A stretch of DNA of 64,000 nucleotides, taken from Octopus sinensis (Eukaryota). A program made the translations under genes and the position numbers. The stretch is taken from the NCBI RefSeq assembly GCF_006345805.1, contig NC_043002.1, positions 96,782,001 through 96,846,000 on the forward strand, given 5' to 3'. A model generated the notes under the pieces. The model did not search any database. It saw nothing but the letters and a program-made list of their open reading frames with translations, and was not told where the DNA came from. How positions within the stretch are numbered: the first letter of the stretch is position 1; each line of letters begins with the position of its first letter. Shown in pieces: positions 25,103-39,243 of this stretch.

Positions 25103-25228
25103 AGCTTCTCATTGTTTTCAAGTCTTTGTTGAGACATGATATTTCGGCACATGCATCCATTCTTGGATTATTGCGCGTATGTTCTCCGGTACAAAAGCAT
25201 TTTGCTTCATAGAAACAATCGCTACAAT
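25103..25228 (-). CDS. Paralog 2 exon B (126 nt): (D)CSDCFYEAKCFCTGEHTRNNPRMDACAEISCLNKDLKTMRS
   Basis: Acceptor tttcctttacag, donor gtaagt; lies within ORF-track 25095-25340. Confidence 0.9.
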
Positions 25229-25905
25229 CTGTAAAGGAAATACATTTATGAAGGCTAAAAAATAGGTCATTTTCGTTTTTCACGAGGTGATTCAGTTTAT
25301 ATGGTTTAGTACAAATTCTGCTTGAATTAAATTCCTCCAATCATATTTGAATGTTAGAGCTTAGTAAGTGTCGTAATCGTGTGAATTACGAAAGCTAATA
25401 TTGACACCTTGTTTTCTTTATTATCAACCAAGCGTTTGATAAACAGCTGAAGCGACTTTGAGCCTTAAACGTGCTGGATGATTGGCGAACATCACCTTGG
25501 AAAGCGTGATAATTAATTTCCAATCAAATATCGATGTAATTAGTATTTAGTAGACATTTCGCTTTAAACATTTCGACTATATCAATGTCATGCGAGTAAA
25601 TTTTTATTGTATTTTCCTTTCAAATTCGCTTACTATTTTCATTCATTTTCTTTAAATATTAATTTTATTTTAGAAATTTAAGTGATGGGGATGGATAAGT
25701 TATCAACTATTCCTTGAAATGTTCAATGATGTTAGAAGTTTACCGACTTGCAACTAAGAGGGATGCAAATGTTCATGGATATGACAAAAACGTGTTTTAC
25801 GTGTTACATGGAAAGAAATGGAACTTTTAAGGGGGTTATATCAGGATCGTATACATCCATCGTATTCAGCGCAATAGATGAAAAAGTAAGAATATTGAAA
25901 CTTAC

Positions 25906-25972
25906 CGAGTATAGTTTTCATAACAACTTTGGGAAGGATTAGGACGAACAATGTTACCGCAAATGTATACAT
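25906..25972 (-). CDS. Paralog 2 exon A (67 nt), signal-peptide-like: MYTFAVTLFVLILPKVVMKTIL
   Basis: tactaacag|ATG, phase-1 donor gtaagt; exons A-D splice to 381 nt, i.e. 126 aa plus stop, with 12 Cys. Confidence 0.87.
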
Positions 25973-26540
25973 CTGTTAGTAAAGAAGCACAAATAAAATG
26001 TCTCATTATATTCGGCATTTATTTAATATTGTTGCGAAAAGCCAATCATTTAAACAATGTTAACATTCAAATATGAGGTTGGCGATCGCCTCCGGCATAT
26101 ACATTGTCTCTCATACTTCAGTGGTCGACACTATTATTACGTGTAAAATACAGTGGTCACAGTGGTCTCCCGGTAATACCGGGGTATTATGTTGCTGTTG
26201 AGGAAAGTTATAATACTGTGCATGATATATAGAAGCACGTATTATACTTTGTTTAGCATCGCATGTTATACAATAAAGAACAGAATGTATGTTTTGCTTA
26301 GTAATTAATATTAAATCCTGTATGGCCAAGGACAATATTCTCAAAGTTGGAATGGAGCAAAAGAGACATAATTGTCTAGCAAAAGATTTGATATGAGATT
26401 GTCTGCGAAACTAAAGCACGTAAAGACACGTATTAATCATTAAAAAAACATACAGAGACAGTTAACTTCAATTTAATATTTATTACTATAATTTGTTTTT
26501 ATTTTCTGGAATAGTACCATATTCGCCAATCGTCGAAAAT

Positions 26541-26900
26541 TGCTTTTCTCTTATCCTCCCGAACCCGCCCTCCAGTCTCCCGCCTCCCCTTTCCCCTCAC
26601 TTACCACCCCACCACCATACCTCTCCAACGCACCATTCTCCGAGCTTTCCGGCATCTCCAGTCCGACCCGTCACTTCACACATCTTCCCTAACCGACCCC
26701 TCCCCTCCTTCAAACGAGCCCACGACCTACGAGACCTCTTGGTCCACAGCTTCTTCCCCAACCCTACCTCCCAACCAGGCTCGTTCCCTTGCTCCCACCC
26801 ACGCTGCCGCACTTGCTCCTTACCTCTTCAACACCACCCTCCTCACCGGCACCCATCATTGACCCTATCGCATCACCGACTCCTTCACCTGCACTTCTAC
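26541..26900 (+). mobile_element. Second Penelope-like fragment, same family as 23123
   Basis: High identity to ~23123-23480 by eye. Confidence 0.85.
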
Positions 26901-27740
26901 AGGTTTCGCCTGTATTGCAGTTATTCTTATGAGGAGCTGTTTTTCTTTCTGATGAAAAGATTATACAGTTATTCTTGTTAATGTTTCAGTCAGTGAAGTG
27001 TGGCCACGCCGCAGCACCTCCTGAAAGGAAGATATGGAACGCTTCACGAATTTGCATATGATTGTTATGCAGGAGCCATTATAATATTTCCTGTATGATT
27101 CCAGTTTTACTAAGTACTCATTTCTTATTATTAGCTTTGCATCGCCAGGGCAATGAGCCGCTAGAATGCTAAGCATTCCAAAGAACATGCTTAGTGGCAT
27201 TTCGTCTGTCTTCACCTTTTGAGCTCAAAATTTACCCTTTCAGGGTCAATGATATAAACACCATTTGGGCACTGAGGTCGATATAATCAACCCTCAAATT
27301 TCTGGCCTTGTTCTTATAGTTGATAGGTTTATTGGTTTTGCTTGCCAAAACCCATGACTCTTGTTGTGTTCATCCTGTTAGATATATATTCTGAGCTGTG
27401 AGATGCTTGTATCTGGTATTTAAGGCCTCTTTAGTATTAGTTATGTAACGTTGATCATATACTGGGGGGATCATTTTACGTGTACACACGAGGAAGCTAA
27501 TAAAAGTGTTTTATTTTTATTTTTTGCGGAAAAAAATCATTTTATTTCTTCATTATTTTTAGCACTTTCATTCCTTTCTCGAACTTGTCAAATAAAATTT
27601 TGTGAATGTACAAACAACTTGTTCATTTATATAAAGTAGATGTTTTAGGGGAATTTTTTTAGCAGAGAACATTGTTTATTTGGGGGGGGGGAGTGAGGTT
27701 CCGTGACAATGGAGATGGATAGATAGAAATATAGTTAGGT

Positions 27741-27743
27741 AGG

Positions 27744-27830
<87 letters not shown>
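27741..27830. repeat. (GATA)n microsatellite
   Basis: Direct reading. Confidence 0.95.
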
Positions 27831-28139
27831 GTAGAGGGAGAGAGAGAAAAGTGGTATCTCTCTTCCTATATACCGTTCATATATTTATTTAGTCCGTTAC
27901 CATTGTATTGGAATGGGTTTAAGGATGGTGACCTGTTAAAAAACCACAGAAAACAAAAACAATGTTCTCTTCTAAACAAAACCCCCGAAATAATATATTT
28001 TAAATATAAATGAACATGCTGTTTGTACATTCAGAAAATTCTATTTGATAAGTTTAAGAAAGGAACGAAACGAAAGTGCTAATAATAATGAAAAAGTAAA
28101 AAGATTTTTTCCCAAAATTCTGACGACTTTTTCTCTCAA

Positions 28140-28290
28140 TATATATATATGACAGGTTTCTTCCAGTTTCCGTATACCAAATCCATTCACAAGGCTTGCG
28201 TTGGTCCGTGGTCATAGTAGAGGACACTGAACCCGAAACCATGTGATAAGGACGCAAGTTTCTTACCACACAGCTATACCTGCGTCTGTC
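28140..28290 (-). mobile_element. SINE family A head, degenerate
   Basis: Reverse complement matches the head up to the (TA) tract. Confidence 0.7.
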
Positions 28291-28648
28291 TATCATATTT
28301 TCAATTTTATAACAATAACATCCGCGTAATCTGTGTTTTAACTCTTACAACAAATGAAGCAAAAGTAACTTCACAGTTATAATAACGGTTATTTCCATTG
28401 AAATGACGGACATTTTTGCTATTCACTTGCAAAGTGCAGACTTGGCAGGATGGTTGAGAAGTTCGTTTTCCAATTGCATGGTTTTAGCACTGAACCCGAG
28501 GCTACACAACTACAAATCAAATTTCTTAGCCACACAACCATCCCTGCGTCTCTCTGTTCATTTTCGTTTTAGAGTTATGGATACGCTGCACGTCCGTGTT
28601 TGTTCATGTCTCTCTTCTTATCCGTAGATGTAATAATAAGATCCTCGT

Positions 28649-29850
28649 GTTAGTTAGTTAGTTAGTTAGTTAATTTGGCTCAAAAGCAAATAGCAAGGCC
28701 ATGTAGGGGGACATGGAGTTAAGTACAGGGTGGTGTTCATGTAAAGAGTTCAGGCCACTTGAGGTCCAGGGAGGCTTTGAACAAAGCGGTCGTCGGCATC
28801 TTCACCATCTCGTCTGACAGCTTGTTCCACGGATCCGCAACCCGGACGGAGAAAGCTCCTCTCCTTCGATTGAGATGAAATCGTCGCAGGTAGAGCTTTT
28901 CGGAATGACCCCGCAGCCGACGCTCCGGAGCAGGAGTGAAGAACAGCTCTTTCGAGAGGTTACACTTCCCGCTTATGATGTTGTGGGCGAGAATGAGATC
29001 ACCACGGCGGCGGCGTTTTTCAAGAGAATAAAGGTCGAGCGTCCTCAGCCTTTCTTCGTAGGACAAATTTTTGAGACCATGAACCATGCGGGTAGCCAGC
29101 CTCTGGACTCTTTCGAGGTGCTGTATGTCTTTGAGGAGATAAGGAGAAGAGGCTTGAATCCCATACTCCAATATGGGTCTCACCAGCGTGACATAGAGTG
29201 GCAGGAATATGGCTGCTGTGAGCATTCCGAATGACCGTCGAATCAAAAACAGAATTCCGCGCGCTTTGTTGGCAGCATGGACGCACTGGGCCGAAGGCGA
29301 AAAGGAGGAATCCACCAAGATACCCAGGTCCTTTACCTGATCGGTCCTCTCCAGCAGCAGACGACCCGGCTCGAAATCAAGTTGAGTTGCAGGAGTAGAG
29401 CCGACAGGCAGATGACAGCACTTTGACACGTTCAGACACAGGTCCCAATCGTTAGACCACTTCCAAATTTGGTGGAGGCATCGACGAAGATCCTCTATAC
29501 TACCGCGAGGAGCGACCAGTTTGATATCGTCGGCAAATAGAAGGGTGTGTTGCGTGAGGTCGTCGGGCAAGTCTTTTATCAAGACTAAGAACAACAAGGG
29601 CCCAAGCACTGAACCTTGAGGCACGCCACTGCTCGCACTGGAGACGTCGGACCGCGAACCATTAACTTGAACTTGGAAGGAGCGATCTGAGAGGAAGGCA
29701 CCAACCCATCGTACAATATCCGGATGGAAACTATATGCTTGAAGCTTGACAAGTAGTAGGCGGTGGTTTACCGAGTCAAAAGCTTTGGCAAAGTCCAATA
29801 AAACGATGTCAACAGCATCACTATCATCGAGGATGCGCGTCACCAATTCT
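28649..29850 (-). mobile_element. 5'-truncated CR1/L2-group LINE, RT C-terminal ORF intact, (TAAC)n tail
   Basis: LDFAKAFDSV, SGVPQGSVLGPLLF, FADDIKL, LERVQRLATRMV, RLRGHSEKL; tail of actaactaac repeats. Confidence 0.93.
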
Positions 29851-32275
29851 TGTGTCCTGTCTTTGTCTCTTCTCATAATATTGCTTGTATCGTCTATTCT
29901 GTCTTTCTTCAAGCTTTCCGTTTGGATTTATAGTAAGGCTTATACATAGGTAAAACGTTCATAAACAAGTTACGGAGAGCACTGGTGAACGCAGTCGACT
30001 TTACGCATGATGTCGCCTCTGACATCTAACCTGGGATGACCCCAGTCCCATCAAACAAGATCACGAAGCAATCACGAGCAAGCATAAACAAGTTAAGGAA
30101 TTTGGATTGTCTAATTTCCGTTAAAAAAGAGTGAGTTACAAATTGCAACTACATGTATTTCAGCTTCAGCAGTTATTACAGGTAACACATTCTTCGACTG
30201 ACAGCATAAGCGGCCACAAAATTGGTCGTAATTTCAAAGATTAAACATTCACGTTAAATCGTGTCGGGGTTATCGGGGTAATAAAATCACAACGGTTGGT
30301 TCCACTAAATTGCATTAGTGCTGGGATCTGATATAAGGAATTCCGTCGAGATTCTTTCAAACCGTGTCATGAAATTGCTTAAATCATATCGATGTTACTG
30401 GATTTTGTAATGAAAATGTGTTTAAATGTGATTCAATACATGTTGAAATTGAAACAATTATATTAATTCACCTTAGAATTATTTCATGTGTAATAGTTTC
30501 CATCGTACAAAGGTGACCTGGTCACAGACACACTTTCATTGCAAATATTAGAATGTTTGCAAATAGTTTATTAATACAGTTCTCGGGCCTTTCCTTCTGT
30601 TTTTTCCCTTTCTTTTTCCCGTTTTTCTGTTTTACTTCAGCTTTCTGTTCAGACGCCCAGTAGTTTGTCTCATTTCTGCTGGTTGACTTTCTAAGAGTGT
30701 CATCGGTCGGCTATCCTTAAACACCTTCAATTTCCTTTTTCCTTTTTTTCGATTGCAGGATTACAACATTTTTATATATGAATATTACCAGATGATAAGA
30801 TGAGGTGGCAGAATCGTTAGCACGCTGGGCAAAATACTTAGCTGCATTCTTCACCAATTGAGTTCCAAGACCAAAAATTGAAACCGATATTAAGACGTAA
30901 CACATTTTACATGGTTTTCTTTCATTTGTATTTAATTTTGTTCTTCCTGCTTCTGTTGGTTATCCTTAAAATATGATTGATCAGACAATATTTATGGTGT
31001 TGTTGCACAGATTAATTACACTACCGAGATTATATATATTCTAAAAGCGTTGTCACAAAAACAGACAAAAGTAGAGCAGGGACATGCGTTAATCTGAACA
31101 TCACATGGATAACTATATAAACATCCATCAGTATAACGTTGCAATCGCGATTACACATTGGAATATATTCATACACTTACGTAAACATGTATACAGATAG
31201 ACAGATATATTCATAGCTACATGAATATACGCACATATACCCATGTAGACATCAGTATGCATAAGAATATATTCATATGGAAGGTAATATATACGTAGCA
31301 AAGGAATTTATGTGCCAGTAACTAGGTCGTTGTTGTGCGACAAATATCCTGAAATTTCATCAATTAAACTGAATTTGATTTTAATGGCCTTTTTGCGTTA
31401 GTAATTAGGTAGAATATTTCGAAAATGCCAATTATAATGTATAACAACAAAATATAATGGCGAAAACGTGATTCGAACCAGCATCAACTTGATAGAGCAA
31501 TGCCGGTTACACAGCATTCGACAAACTGCATGCCAGCTCTTCTGCCTCATGCAGCAGTTTTGTATCGCCACCAGTTCCATTTCAGTTCAACTAAATATAC
31601 AAATAATCAAATAAAGGAAAAAATGCGAATCTCTGGTTCAATCTCTGGCGGGAAAAGTTATAAAAGAAATGCATGAGTTGCGCACAATTCTAACAAACAA
31701 ACAATTTTCAAAGAATTGAATTTTCAGTGTGAGGATTATTGTTGGTACAACTGCAACTACCAAACATTATGGTAGCAATCCGAAAGAAGGACAGAAAGGT
31801 CACATAACATGCTAAGTAGGGAGCCTACGTGTTTTACTGGACCTGCTAGAAATATCAACAAAATCTTAATGTATTTTATTTCATAAATCATTAGATAAGA
31901 GGGAAAGACTATGTCTGAAAAAATTAGATGTAACAGCCACGAATAGATTATATTTTGATAACGTTTTTTCTTTACTTAATTACTGATGTAGCTTAAATTA
32001 CAATAATAAATATATAAATAATTATTTGAATTATTTGTAAGTCATATTCCACCTATGAGATAAAATGTAATTTTACGCAAAATATATTCTCGATGTGATG
32101 AAAGTGTAGATTAATTACAAGGGAAATATATTCCGAAAGCCATTATAACATTTCTTTATATCACTTAAGTATATAAAAGTATATAAAAAGTATATAAAGT
32201 ATATAAAGCATATAAAAGTATATAAAGTATATAAAAATGTTAAATTCTAAATTTGCTTCTACGCATGTAACTCAC

Positions 32276-32295
32276 CTTGAAATCCTGAACGTGAG
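32276..32295 (-). other. Putative 5'UTR micro-exon, or first-exon end, of paralog 2
   Basis: Identical to 4507-4526, with AAG|gtgagt donor. Confidence 0.55.
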
Positions 32296-32642
32296 CTGAA
32301 ATATCTTTTTTTGTAAAAGAAGAAAATAATTAGTGTTGTAAAATCTTTCAAAGTTTGCGTTTCGCACCATACATCTGCCGTATGTTGTATATACAAATCG
32401 TAAGCATACATTCTCAACATGAATTTCTGATTTATAGCTGTGATATAAATTTTAAGTTTACAATGACACGTTTATTGTTAGTTTTATATTAGCGTTTAAC
32501 ACTAATTTATGACAGTCACATGACATGACATGTGAATTTTTGATTTGTTAATGGGGGCAGCAAAACTCCAATTAGCCAATTTTTATTTAAGATAGCAGGG
32601 AGTAACTCTTGCAAGTTGAACGTGGAGCTATGAATATATAAG

Positions 32643-32683
<41 letters not shown>

Positions 32684-32700
32684 ATATATATATATATATA

Positions 32701-32892
32701 TATAAAATATTATTAGAGACAAAACCACTATTTTGCAAAACAAACAAGGAAGACTTAATCAATACATAAAATTTTAATAAATAGTCAAAAAAACCGCCAC
32801 TACAATTGTTTCTTGTCTTGATCGACAATCTTCAGGTGGACTTTCTTGTTTGTTTTGCAAAATAGTGGTTTTGTCTCTAATAATATTTTATA
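32701..32892. mobile_element. MITE with ~50-bp TIRs
   Basis: tataaaatattattagagacaaaaccactattttgcaaaacaaac and its reverse complement. Confidence 0.85.
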
Positions 32893-32972
32893 ATATTTAC
32901 TATAAAATTGGATTTAATCCTAAATCTGATTTTTTCCCTGTAAATTTGGATTTATTCCCTAATATTTATTAT

Positions 32973-33024
<52 letters not shown>

Positions 33025-33025
33025 G

Positions 33026-33057
<32 letters not shown>

Positions 33058-33601
33058 TGTATGTATGTATATACATCTAATATAGGATAACGTTTTTTTC
33101 AAAAAAATTTCATGGAAGTGGCAGCATATCAAAATACCTTTAAAGGCGAAATTTATAAATTATATTGTAATGTGGTGATTGACGATTTAAAGTCTATTCT
33201 CAGCATATTGGCATAGGAATTTTTTTTTTTTTGACCTTGTTTATAAATATACGCACACACAGGCATGGCTATATGTTAAGAAGTCTGCTTCCCGACCAGA
33301 TGGTTCCGGGATCAGTCAGGCTGCGAGGCGCCTTAGGCATTTGTCTTCTACTATAGCCACGGGTCGACCCGTTTCTTGTGAATCCATTTGGTTCACGGAT
33401 ACTGGTCGTTTAATCTAGTATTTGTTTCAGTCATTTGACTAAAACAATTACAAGAATAAAAGAATAAGAGAATGCATATATATATATATATATATATAAT
33501 ATATATATATATTATATATATATATATATATAATATATATATATATATACACGCACACGCACATACATATATATATATACATGCGTGTAAATATATTTAC
33601 T

Positions 33602-33657
<56 letters not shown>

Positions 33658-34260
33658 ATATATGTGTGTGTATGTATATATATATATATACATATATATA
33701 TGTATATGCATTATCAGTCGCACATATATAACGTATGAGTTTGGTTTTTATGTCAATTTTGCTGCGGAATGGCGCCTGAGTAAAGCTTGCACGGCGCTGA
33801 GTCTTAAGAACACAAACCAAGTAGGTTGTAGGGGATTCGTTGGATAGAGTGTGAGTCGACTGTTTTTATCGCTGGGCCGAACGCATCGTAAAGCAAATAT
33901 CACCATTAATTATAACAAAACTACACTGGAAAAAGCAAGCCACTGGATTTGGTGAAAAAAAGGCGATGAGGCATGTATAGAAGTCTATCGAGCGAAATCT
34001 GATACCCAGTTGACCTATCAAGCGTGACCTCATTTCAGTCAGGCTGGCTGGGACACAATGATGCCGTCGAAATCTAGGCTTCGAATTGGCGCGCATTATC
34101 TCCGGATGATCCCATAAACTCGGTAGCATCCAATGTGCGAGATTTTCAGCTGGTATCACAAATCTGAAAACTGTTTGCCATGATAACATTATTTTAGCAT
34201 TATCTACTCTACCTAGTCTTATTTTGCTTATACATGCGTTCCTTTTCGACCTTCTATAAG

Positions 34261-34300
<40 letters not shown>

Positions 34301-34425
34301 GTGTGTGTGTGTGTGTGTGTGTGTGTGCGTATACTTATATATATATTTACTTTTGTGTGTGTTAACATACGCATACATATGTATGTAATACATACATACA
34401 TATATATAGTACATAAGAAGGTATA

Positions 34426-34485
<60 letters not shown>

Positions 34486-35197
34486 TCGCACATATACAAA
34501 CATACCACCATCATTATCATCACTATCGTTCTAACGACTAGTAGATAACCGCTCGGAGAGTACAATTTATTTCCCATAACCCTTGGAACCACTGCTGAGA
34601 TGTGAAATAATCATACAAGATTTACTGCTGACAAGTGGCATATTGAAATCATGAAAACAGCTGTTTATTTGTGTTTTATGAAGTATTGATAACCTAAATC
34701 AATATTATTGCTAAGTGTATCACATAAGTGTGACACATAACTTCACGTTAATTGAGTCATTATTTACTTTTTAATATAATAATACTAAGCAATTTGAAAG
34801 GGAAAATATCTATCAATTAGTCGTTATAGGCAGCCGTTCTTCTCTTCCATTGCTATGGGCGGGATTGATCTTCCAGAAAGCTACACTATCCGAATGTCCG
34901 ATTCCGGGGTTTGACCTCGACCAAGGATCATTCTTCGAAATAGATGTATTACTTCTCTGTTGAGATTCCAGATAGCCATATCTTTATTCTAATAAATATT
35001 TTGGTGGGATTGAAACTCCCTTAAATCATTACCATTATCATGTTTTCTACGGGTCAGTGGTATTCACTCTGTCAATCAAAATATTTTGAATTCGTAGGCT
35101 CCTCCTTTTCTTTCTTTGTAGTTCTTTTTCTACAGTGGCCTCAAGGTTTGGTCAAGGCAAGATCACGCTTCCGTTCGTCGTCTAGTTTTGTTTAATA

Positions 35198-35198
35198 T

Positions 35199-35256
<58 letters not shown>

Positions 35257-35301
35257 TAATATAATAATAATATAATAATAATAATAATAATAGTAATAGT
35301 A

Positions 35302-35391
<90 letters not shown>

Positions 35392-35397
35392 GATAAT

Positions 35398-35467
<70 letters not shown>

Positions 35468-35514
35468 CAATAATAATAATAATAATAATGATAATAATAA
35501 TGATAATAATAATG

Positions 35515-35549
<35 letters not shown>

Positions 35550-35651
35550 GATGATGATGACGATGATGATGATGATGGTGATGATGATGATGATGATGAT
35601 GATGATGACGATGATGATGATGATGATGATAATAATAATAATAATAATAAT
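35198..35651. repeat. (AAT)n/(GAT)n compound microsatellite
   Basis: Direct reading. Confidence 0.95.
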
Positions 35652-35767
35652 AGGGAATATTATTCCAAACTTACAATGGTATATGTTTTTGTCTTATACT
35701 TAATTTTTTTATAGGATGTAATTTTTTTCTATAATTTAAATTTTTCATTGTTGATTTAAGTGCTGCG

Positions 35768-35885
35768 ATTTATGCATTATTAGTACGATCCCTCCAGGAT
35801 GTATAAAAATAACGCAGGTAAATTCCTCCTTGAACCATATAATTTTTATACACCCTGAAGAGATAGTATTAATAATGCATAAATC
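35768..35885. mobile_element. Small MITE with ~43-bp imperfect TIRs
   Basis: atttatgcattatta...gtataaaaat and its reverse complement. Confidence 0.65.
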
Positions 35886-36972
35886 GCTTCATATAAATGC
35901 AACAATATGTAATTAATGCGATCGAAACACGCATCGGACAATTATTATGAATAAACCAACTGTAAATAAGCATAAAGTTTGAATATTTAAATTGTTCATT
36001 CTCCTTATTATCAATATTGTACTTTACACTCTATATAGCCAGCAAAAAAATTTAGCATCGGCTGGGAGTTAAAGGAAAATTACCATAAAGCGCACCATCT
36101 GAAGGAAACTGCCTTGTAATTTTACATAGATAAATTTGGTACCTGCGCACACGTAACCAGCGGCTATCGTTCTTTCTTCCTCTTGCTTTACAAGAGATTA
36201 GACCTACTTTTGCCTGTCTCCTGTCTTAGCTCCTTTCCTCAGCGTTCATCAATTTACCTAATTACGGCTTCAGCCCTCACCGTTTGTTTTTACTGTTTGT
36301 TGTTACTGTCCAGTTTTTGCTACCACTTTAACTCTCCGTAAAAATCCCAAATATTGTTTAATTTGCTTTGAGGGAACGATTGTTTTAACGAAGTCGCGTC
36401 TTGTCCCTACGTTCGAAAGGCGTAGTAGATAAAACAGAAGACAACTGATGAAGGGATTTTTCTTTATGTTGCCTGTCTCGTTTCTCTATTTTTTTCTTTC
36501 TCTTTTCGAAAAAAAGTTCGTTTTCCATGTTTTTTTATGTTCTCGTTTTTTATTTTGCTCACGTTAAACATATATGCATGTATATATACATACATACATA
36601 TATGTAGGTATGTACATATATGTATATATGCGTATATACATGTGTCTTATCACCGAAAAGGTAATTATTTTTCCACGCTTGCTGATATTGTTTTTGTCTC
36701 TCTCTTTTTGTCTCAAAGCCGTAGTGCGCCTGTGTCATCCATGTTTTTAACCGTTACTGTCTCCAAAAAAGACTTTTCGTTTCATGTTTGTCTCTGTTGC
36801 GTTGCATTCTTTCCTTCTGTGGCTGGCTGATTCAGAGCGGATCTCAGATTTAAACAGCCGAAATCTGCGATGTGGGATCAGTTTCTGACTGAAGAATGAA
36901 GGGTTTGAATGACCCGTTTGTCTTTTTGTTCGTCCCTTCGTGTATTTCACGTTATTTATTTATGTAAAGGTT

Positions 36973-37045
<73 letters not shown>

Positions 37046-37114
37046 ATATATATGTATGTATATATGCATATATATTATATATATATATAATAAACCTTTA
37101 CATAAATAAATAAC

Positions 37115-37212
37115 ATGTATACACATGTCTATATGTCTATATGCACATACATCCATAGAAATACATACCTATATATATATATATATATATATCTATATAT
37201 ATATATATATAT

Positions 37213-37255
<43 letters not shown>

Positions 37256-37905
37256 ATATATATACATGTAGAAGGTTGAAAAGGAACAAACGAGCTGATA
37301 TATATATGGAAAAAGTCAAGGTAGAAAATGCTAAAATAATTTTATTAAAAATATTTCAGTACCGGTTTCCGTCATTGAGACTTCCTCAACTGTAAGCATG
37401 GAAAATAATTAGATTTTGGAAAATTTAAATGAAAAGATTTAAAAAGAATATTTGAGTAGTATTCAAATACAAGGGGCCTTTTCCTTGTCTCTGCCAGTAT
37501 CTGTTTCTCGTTTACTCTTGTGGGCTCGAGATCGTTGGGAATTCTTGGCAGAGAAGAAGAAGAAGAAGAAGAAGAAGAAGAAGAAGAAGAAGAAGAAGAA
37601 GAAGAAGAAGAAGAAGAAGAAGAAGAAGAAGAAGAAGAAGAAGAAGAAGAAGAAGAAGAAGAAAAAAATGAGGAGAATAATGTGGGAGTGCTATGATAGT
37701 AGTGGGATGTTAAATGGTCAAGTGACTTGAAAGTGACTTGTTGTGGATGGTAGTGGTGATTGAATTCTTAAGACATCTCTTTTGAAAGTTTTGTTTATAA
37801 AATTTGCGTAGGTGTTTTCTAAACGGCAGTAGTTGTAAAATTAGGAAGGAGGCAGCGGAGAGGAAGAAGACGAATATTTATATGTATATACATATACACA
37901 CACAC

Positions 37906-37971
<66 letters not shown>

Positions 37972-38148
37972 CAGATATACATATACATATATTTATATAT
38001 ATAAGAAATATAAGGGGTTTAGTTCACTGGTGATGTAAACAATTAGGCACACCTGTGTAAGTACTTTTCCCCTCTACCTATCTATCGCACTCTCTCTCTA
38101 TAATATATATATATATATATATGTATGTATATATGCATATATATTATA

Positions 38149-38228
<80 letters not shown>

Positions 38229-38620
38229 TATAATATATATGCATATATACATACATATATATATTTTTTTTTTCTTCTTCTTCTTCTTCTTCTTCTTCTT
38301 CTTCTTCTTCTTCTTCTTCTCTGCCAAGAATTCCCAACGATCTCGACCCCACAAGAGTAAACGAGAAACAGATACTGGCAGAGACAAGGAAAAGGCCCCT
38401 TGTATTTGAATACTACTCAAATATTCTTTTTAAATCTTTTCATTTAAATTTTCCAAAATCTAATTATTTTCCATGCTTACAGTTGAGGAAGTCTCAATGA
38501 CGGAAACCGGTACTGAAATATTTTTAATAAAATTATTTTAGCATTTTCTACCTTGACTTTTTCCATATATATATCAGCTCGTTTGTTCCTTTTCAGCTCG
38601 TTTGTTCCTTTTCAACCTTC

Positions 38621-38695
<75 letters not shown>

Positions 38696-38741
38696 TTCTA
38701 TGGATGTATGTGCATATAGACATATAGACATGTGTATACAT
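37115..38741. repeat. Inverted duplication, arms ~37115-37660 and ~38270-38741, each with (TA)n and (GAA)n tracts
   Basis: 37441-37560 is the near-perfect reverse complement of 38310-38430; ORF track gives twin [10 protein letters not shown] ORFs on opposite strands. Confidence 0.9.
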
Positions 38742-39243
38742 CTATGTGCATATGGATATATATATATATATATGCATGTGTGTGAGTATGAGTGGGGGTG
38801 TAAATATTTATATATGTATACATCCCCAATGAATGCTGCTTTTCATGGCTGAGTGACTTTTGAATATTGTTTGAGGCTACAAATATGTTCTATTAGTGCA
38901 TATATATATATGTGTGTGTTGCACGTGAGTGCAATTCAGTAAGACGCCGAGGAGTATTATTTGATCATCAAATGATACTCGGGCAATCAGAAAGGAACCA
39001 TCAATTATAATATTCGAATAACGGAAACAGATTAAAAGCATGATGAGATGCATTTGCAATCATGAAACCAAACAAATGAAACAACGGTGTCACTTTGTAT
39101 ATACGTAATTTTGCAAACCATTCCCACTTAGTAGGACGGCTTTGCCAATTCATTATTACAATGTAGTAATATATATTTAAGTGGTGCCATTCAAACAAAG
39201 ATAGAGGAATTTCTTAATAAATTTGATCCATGAAGTTGCTTAC

